Assembly (NCBI GenBank): GCA_947478395.1
Contig: CANJVR010000001.1
Span: forward strand, 320,001-384,000
Origin: Opitutia bacterium
GTDB taxonomy: Bacteria > Verrucomicrobiota > Verrucomicrobiia > Opitutales > Opitutaceae
Reading direction: 5' to 3'
DNA: 64,000 bases
Within the stretch, counting starts at the first letter, position 1; each line of letters opens with the position of its first letter. The position numbers and the translations under genes are program-made. This document shows positions 59,212 through 64,000 of the stretch, one piece after another. The notes under the pieces were generated by a model. The model ran no database searches, was not told the DNA's origin, and was given only the letters and a program-made list of their open reading frames with translations.

Positions 59212-59289
59212 GGTGATGAGGAGTATTCCGGTTTGAAACCGGCGATGGTAACAGGCACAAGGCCCGCCCCACCCTTTTGGTTGTAGGAA

Positions 59290-59622
59290 CTAGGTTTTGA
59301 TAATTTTGACCGCGGCGACGTCGCCGGAGCGGATGGCCTGGCCGGAAGCCAGGTTAAGGATGAGAGCGGCGGCACAATGGTCACGCAGCGCCACGAGCAA
59401 AACTTCGCCGATCACGGCCGGACCGCGCGTGACGCGGCACACCATGCCTTGGCGAAGACCGGCGTCGAAGCCGGACCCGACCAAAACGAGGTCGGCGGCC
59501 CCCGCCCGCTGAACCTCCACCACCTCGACTCCACCCGCCGAACGGAAGGTCGCAGCGCGCGCCGTAAACGGAGCAGCGGCGACGAACGCGGGCAGAATAA
59601 AGCTGAGCAGGCGACGGTACAC
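59290..59622 (-). CDS. Hypothetical small secreted protein inserted between rpsS and rplV
   Basis: GTG start just after the rpsS stop; signal peptide ending in 'ARA'; beta-rich 'GFDAGLRQGMVCRVTRG...IGEV...IRSGD'. Confidence 0.7.
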   Translation of the reverse strand: MYRRLLSFILPAFVAAAPFTARAATFRSAGGVEVVEVQRAGAADLVLVGSGFDAGLRQGMVCRVTRGPAVIGEVLLVALRDHCAAALILNLASGQAIRSGDVAAVKIIKT

Positions 59623-59633
59623 GAGTGAGAAAC

Positions 59634-59909
59634 TTAAATTTCTTTGCGCGTCATGCCGCCGTGCGACTTGAAGATACGCGTCGGTGAGAACTCGCCCAGC
59701 TTGTGGCCGACCATGTTCTCGGTGACGTAGACGGCGATGAATGCCTTGCCATTGTGAACGCTGAACGTGTGGCCGATGAAGTCGGGCGTGATCGTCGAGC
59801 GGCGGGACCAGGTCTGGATGGGCTTCTTGCCGCCGGTCTTGACCGCCTTCTCGATTTTCTCGAGCAGGTGGTAATCGACGAAGAAACCTTTTTTGATGGA
59901 GCGTGCCAT
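59634..59909 (-). CDS. rpsS: 30S ribosomal protein S19
   Basis: 'TWSRRSTI', '[13 protein letters not shown]'. Confidence 0.98.
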   Translation of the reverse strand: MARSIKKGFFVDYHLLEKIEKAVKTGGKKPIQTWSRRSTITPDFIGHTFSVHNGKAFIAVYVTENMVGHKLGEFSPTRIFKSHGGMTRKEI

Positions 59910-59927
59910 GGTACGGAAGGGGGCGGC

Positions 59928-60794
59928 TTACTTCTGGTTGCGGACCTTGCGGCCGTTGTGGTGCAGGATAATCGAATTGTTCGAGAGCTTCGTGCGTTTG
60001 CGCGTCGGGAAACCCTTCGCGAGCTGACCCCACGGGGACACGAGCTGCTGACGACCGCCGCCGCCCTTGGATTTACCCTGACCGCCACCGTTGGGGTGAT
60101 CGACGGGATTCATCGCGACGCCACGAACGTGGGGGCGACGACCAAGCCAACGAGCGCGACCGGCCTTGCCGAGCGATTGTTTACTGTGGTCACCGTTACC
60201 GACGGTGCCGATGGTCGCGCGACAATTCGCGTGGACGAAGCGGAGTTCGCCGGAAGGCATCTTAAGCTGGGCTTTGTCGCCTTCGACGCCGATCAGCTCG
60301 AGGCTTGCGCCGGCGGTACGGGCGATTTGCGCGCCACGACCAGGCACCAGCTCGACGCAGTGCAACTTGGTGGAGGGCGGAATCAGACGAAGGGGAAAAT
60401 TATTTCCGACCAGAAAATCGTTCGTCGTCGCTTTGTTTGAAGCGACGATCATTGCGCCGACCTCCAGACCTTCGGGTGCGATGATATAGGTTTTCTCGCC
60501 GTTCGAGTAGGAGATGAGGGCAAGATTGGCGCTGCGGTTAGGATCGTACTCGATCGCCTGCACCTTGGCCGGCATGTCGAGGACGTTGCGCTTGAAATCG
60601 ATGATGCGGTAAAGCTGCTTGTGACCGCCGCCCCGATGGCGTGAGGTCACGCGACCGTAGACGTTGCGGCCGCCGCTCTTGTGCTTCGACTCGGTGAGAG
60701 CCTTCTGCGGGCGCTCCTTCGACAGCGTCGGCTGCTTGTTCAGCGACGTGAAACGGCCGGAGGGCGTGAGGGGGCGAAAGGAATGAATGGGCAT
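59928..60794 (-). CDS. rplB: 50S ribosomal protein L2
   Basis: 'EYDPNRSA', 'VRGVAMNPVDHP'. Confidence 0.98.
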   Translation of the reverse strand: MPIHSFRPLTPSGRFTSLNKQPTLSKERPQKALTESKHKSGGRNVYGRVTSRHRGGGHKQLYRIIDFKRNVLDMPAKVQAIEYDPNRSANLALISYSNGEKTYIIAPEGLEVGAMIVASNKATTNDFLVGNNFPLRLIPPSTKLHCVELVPGRGAQIARTAGASLELIGVEGDKAQLKMPSGELRFVHANCRATIGTVGNGDHSKQSLGKAGRARWLGRRPHVRGVAMNPVDHPNGGGQGKSKGGGGRQQLVSPWGQLAKGFPTRKRTKLSNNSIILHHNGRKVRNQK

Positions 60795-60822
60795 GGTGGT
60801 GGTTCCGGTTCGGCGCGTCGGT

Positions 60823-61104
60823 TTAAACGAGCTCGATCTTATCGCCGGCCTTCAGGGTCACGATCGCCTTCTTGAAGTCGGAGGTCATGCTGGGCTGGCC
60901 TTGGCGGCTCTTTTTGTTTTTGCCGCGGTAGTTCATCACATTCACGCGACGAACGGTGACCTTAAAGGTCTGCTCGACGGCTTCGGCGATGGCGTGCTTG
61001 TTGGCGTATTTGAACACCTCGAAGGTGTATTGGCCAAGTTCAGCGGACTGCTTGTTGGACTTTTCCGTGAGGAAAAGGGTTTTGAGGACGTTGTGAGCGT
61101 TCAT
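60823..61104 (-). CDS. rplW: 50S ribosomal protein L23
   Basis: 'TEKS', 'KKAIVTL'. Confidence 0.96.
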   Translation of the reverse strand: MNAHNVLKTLFLTEKSNKQSAELGQYTFEVFKYANKHAIAEAVEQTFKVTVRRVNVMNYRGKNKKSRQGQPSMTSDFKKAIVTLKAGDKIELV

Positions 61105-61739
61105 CAGTTTTGACCTCCGGTGACGCGGGCGATGATCGCCTCGAGCGCCTTTGTGCTAACGATGATTTTTTTGTACTTCGCGAGATCGAGGGAATTGAGC
61201 TTCGCGGCTTCCTGCAGATAAACGCGGTCGATGTTGCGTGCGGCCCGGGCCGTTGCCGCCGTGAAGGGCGCGTCGACGAGAAGGACTTTGCCCGCGGGAG
61301 CGATGCGACCGAGGACGACGTTGACAGCTTTGGTCTTCGTGTCGGCAGCGGCGAACTGCTCGATGACCGCGATTTCGCCGGCGGACGCGCGATCAAAAAG
61401 AGCGCGGCTGAAAGCGAGAGCCTTCACCTTGGCGTTGATTTTCTTAGAGTAGTCTCGGGGCTTCGGGCCGAAGACGACACCACCGCCGACCCACAGGGGG
61501 GAGCGGATGGAACCGGCGCGAGCGCGGCCGGTGCCCTTCTGACGCCAAGGTTTCTTGCCGCCGCCGCGCACTTCGCCACGGGTTTTCGTCGAGTGGGTGC
61601 CTTGGCGGTTGTTGGCGTTGATAGCGACAATAACTTCCTTCAGCGCCTGAAGGCCCTTGTCGCCTTCAAACGTGGGAAGACCGTCGAAATCTTGTTCACG
61701 GCTGGTGGTGCCGTCGGAGCTAAATACAGTGAGTTTCAT
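61104..61739 (-). CDS. rplD: 50S ribosomal protein L4
   Basis: 'GGGKKPWRQKGTGRAR', 'FGPKPR'. Confidence 0.98.
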   Translation of the reverse strand: MKLTVFSSDGTTSREQDFDGLPTFEGDKGLQALKEVIVAINANNRQGTHSTKTRGEVRGGGKKPWRQKGTGRARAGSIRSPLWVGGGVVFGPKPRDYSKKINAKVKALAFSRALFDRASAGEIAVIEQFAAADTKTKAVNVVLGRIAPAGKVLLVDAPFTAATARAARNIDRVYLQEAAKLNSLDLAKYKKIIVSTKALEAIIARVTGGQN

Positions 61740-61756
61740 GGCTTCGATTCTCCGGG

Positions 61757-62407
61757 TTAGGCTTTGGTCTTGGGCTGGCCCTTGATCGCGGTACGGACCA
61801 CGACGTCGTCGCCATTGGCGCCGGGAATCGCACCCTTAACAAGGATGAGATTTTTGTCGGCGATGATTTTCACCACGCGGAGGTTTTGCACCGTCCGGGC
61901 TTCACTGCCCATGTGGCCGGGCATGGCTTGATTTTTCCAAGCGCGGCCGGGCGTCTGGCGCATACCGATCGAACCGATACGGCGGTGGAACATCGAACCG
62001 TGGGTGGCGGGACCGCCCGCGACGCGGAAGCGTTTCACCACGCCTTGAAAGCCTTTGCCCTTGGTGATCCCGCTGATATCGACGAGCTGCCCTTCGGTGA
62101 AGGCGGCTACAGTGACGACATCACCGACCTTCAGGGTCGGGGCGCCCGCGAGGCGAACCTCACTGAGCACGCGAGGAGCGACTTCGAGGCCGGCTTTCTG
62201 AGCGTGGCCGAGTTCGCCGGAGGCGGTGTTCTTTAGCTTCTTTTTGGAGAAGCCAATCTGGACGGCATTATAGCCGTCGTTTTCGAGAGTCTTGACCTGG
62301 ACCACTGAACAGGGTCCGGCTTCAACTACGGAGACGGGAACTAAGACGTTTTGAGCGTCGTAGACCTGCGTCATCCCGATTTTTTTGCCGAGGAGCGATG
62401 AGATCAT
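61757..62407 (-). CDS. rplC: 50S ribosomal protein L3
   Basis: 'GKKIGMTQ', 'KGKGFQG', 'MPGHMG'. Confidence 0.98.
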   Translation of the reverse strand: MISSLLGKKIGMTQVYDAQNVLVPVSVVEAGPCSVVQVKTLENDGYNAVQIGFSKKKLKNTASGELGHAQKAGLEVAPRVLSEVRLAGAPTLKVGDVVTVAAFTEGQLVDISGITKGKGFQGVVKRFRVAGGPATHGSMFHRRIGSIGMRQTPGRAWKNQAMPGHMGSEARTVQNLRVVKIIADKNLILVKGAIPGANGDDVVVRTAIKGQPKTKA

Positions 62408-62515
62408 GGGCTAAGTGGTAGGTGGAGTAATCCGTTTGAACCTACATTAGTGGAAACCTGGCGGTGCCGCGAAGGCACACAGGCAGCTGCTAACGTTGGA
62501 AATTAAAGGTAAGTC

Positions 62516-62824
62516 TTAGACGTTGATGGTAATATCGACGCCAGAAGGCAGGTTGAGTTTCTTGAGTTCGTCCACGGTCTGCGCCGTGGGCTCAATAATA
62601 TCGATGAGGCGCTTGTGCGTGCGCGTCTCGAACTGCTCCATCGACTTCTTGTCGACGTGCGGCGAGCGATTCACGGAGAGCTTCTCAATACGGGTGGGCA
62701 AAGGAATGGGGCCGGACACGCGGGCGCCAGAGCGCTTAGCGGTTTCGACGATGTCCTGGGCCGACTGATCGATGACGCGATAGTCAAAGCCTTGGAGTTT
62801 GATGCGAATGCGTTGGCCTTTCAT
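62516..62824 (-). CDS. rpsJ: 30S ribosomal protein S10
   Basis: 'GPIPLPT', 'RSPHVDK', 'THKRLIDI'. Confidence 0.98.
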   Translation of the reverse strand: MKGQRIRIKLQGFDYRVIDQSAQDIVETAKRSGARVSGPIPLPTRIEKLSVNRSPHVDKKSMEQFETRTHKRLIDIIEPTAQTVDELKKLNLPSGVDITINV

Positions 62825-62845
62825 GACGTAAAAAGAACGGTAGGT

Positions 62846-64000
62846 TTAGCTGCGGGCTGGGCCCTTGGCGTTGGTCTCGACAATCTTGGCGAGAAGAGAA
62901 TTCGGAACTTGTTCAAAGTGCGATGGCGTGATGCCCGCACTGGCGCGGCCCTTGGAGAGCGAGCGGATGTCGGTGACGTAGCCGAAAAGCAATTCGAGGG
63001 GCACGTGCGCGGTGATGACGCAGGCGCCGGCCTTGTTTTCCATCCCTTGGATCTGGCCGCGGCGACGGTTGATATCGCCCATCAAATCTCCCTGATATTC
63101 TTCCGGGGTCGTGACTTCGACCGCCATGATCGGTTCGAGGAGGATCGGATTCGCCTTTTTCATTGCATCCTTGAAGGCGAAAATGCCGGCCATCTTGAAC
63201 GCAAGTTCGGACGAGTCGACCTCGTGGAACGAGCCGTCGACGATACGGATGATCGCATCGACAACCGGAAAACCAGCAACCACTCCGTTGTTCGTGCCCT
63301 CACGAATACCTTCTGTCGCGGGCTTGATGAATTCCTTCGGAATCGAACCACCGACGGTCTCGTTGATGATCTCCACGCCTTTGCCTTTTACGTTCGGCTC
63401 AAGCTTGATGACAACGTGCCCGTATTGGCCCTTACCGCCCGACTGACGGATGAATTTACCTTCGCCATCGGCGCCCTTGAGGACCGTTTCGCGGTAAGCG
63501 ATTTGCGGTTTCCCCGAGGTCGCCTCGACCTTGAACTCGCGCTTCATCCGATCGATGATGATCTCAAGGTGGAGTTCACCCATGCCGGCGAGAATAGTTT
63601 GACCGGTGTCCGTGTCAGTTTTGACGCGCAGGGTGGGATCTTCGGCGACCAAGCGCTGGAGCGCGACACCGAGCTTCTCTTGATCCGCCTTCGAGTTAGG
63701 CTCGATTGACATCGAGATAACGGGCTCTGGGAAAGACGGTGGCTCGAGACGGATATCGAAATCCTCGTCGCACAGCGTATCGCCCGTGATGACGTCCTTG
63801 ATTCCGACCACCGCACAGATATCCCCGGCGTAGGCGACTTCGATTTCCTCGCGCTCAATGGCGCGCATCAGCACAAGGCGCGAAACGCGCTCTGAGCGGC
63901 GGGTGCGCGGATTGTAGAGCGACATGCCACGCATGAGCTGGCCGGTGTAAACACGGTAGAAAACCAGACGACCGACGAATGGATCGTTCCAAAGCTTAAA
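62846..64000 (-). CDS. fusA: Elongation factor G (5' part lies outside the window)
   Basis: 'GMGELHLEI', 'PQIAYRET', 'RQSGGKGQYG', 'HEVDSSELAF', 'LLEPIM'. Confidence 0.97.
   Translation of the reverse strand, partial: FKLWNDPFVGRLVFYRVYTGQLMRGMSLYNPRTRRSERVSRLVLMRAIEREEIEVAYAGDICAVVGIKDVITGDTLCDEDFDIRLEPPSFPEPVISMSIEPNSKADQEKLGVALQRLVAEDPTLRVKTDTDTGQTILAGMGELHLEIIIDRMKREFKVEATSGKPQIAYRETVLKGADGEGKFIRQSGGKGQYGHVVIKLEPNVKGKGVEIINETVGGSIPKEFIKPATEGIREGTNNGVVAGFPVVDAIIRIVDGSFHEVDSSELAFKMAGIFAFKDAMKKANPILLEPIMAVEVTTPEEYQGDLMGDINRRRGQIQGMENKAGACVITAHVPLELLFGYVTDIRSLSKGRASAGITPSHFEQVPNSLLAKIVETNAKGPARS

Noticed and set aside
59623..60033. Upstream part of the 247-aa ORF 59290-60033
   Set aside because: Overlaps rpsS and rplB in another frame; only the part from GTG 59622 looks like a real gene

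Overview
GC-rich bacterial chromosome segment, most consistent with Verrucomicrobiota (Opitutaceae-like). This placement is an inference from gene content such as DUF1592-type and FecR/LamG proteins and fusA joined directly to rpsJ. Bases 1-25.4 kb are an accessory region of secreted carbohydrate-active enzymes and esterases. It includes an ECF sigma / LamG anti-sigma / TonB receptor / glycoside hydrolase locus with a shared promoter motif readable from the sequence. Bases 25.4-29.5 kb are a variable island at the 3' end of nrdA. It holds a HUH (Y1, RAYT-like) transposase bounded by perfect 29-bp CTAG-ended inverted repeats, a 201-bp tandem duplication of one element end, and an AT-richer two-gene cassette (proteasome-beta-like Ntn hydrolase with Ser1, plus an HNH-like protein) that is a candidate undescribed defence or toxin module. 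Next come nrdBA, whose beta subunit has class Ic (tyrosyl-radical-free, Mn/Fe) signatures, then recQ, an aroB-to-nuclease housekeeping run and the S10-spc-alpha ribosomal superoperon. The superoperon carries a degenerate adenylate kinase, an inserted secreted-protein gene and heptamer-repeat spacers. Five copies of a roughly 100-150 bp CTAG-bounded miniature element enclosing GTAG-REP palindromes are scattered through the window. No tRNA, rRNA or CRISPR array was seen. All calls come from reading the sequence by eye; no searches were run.
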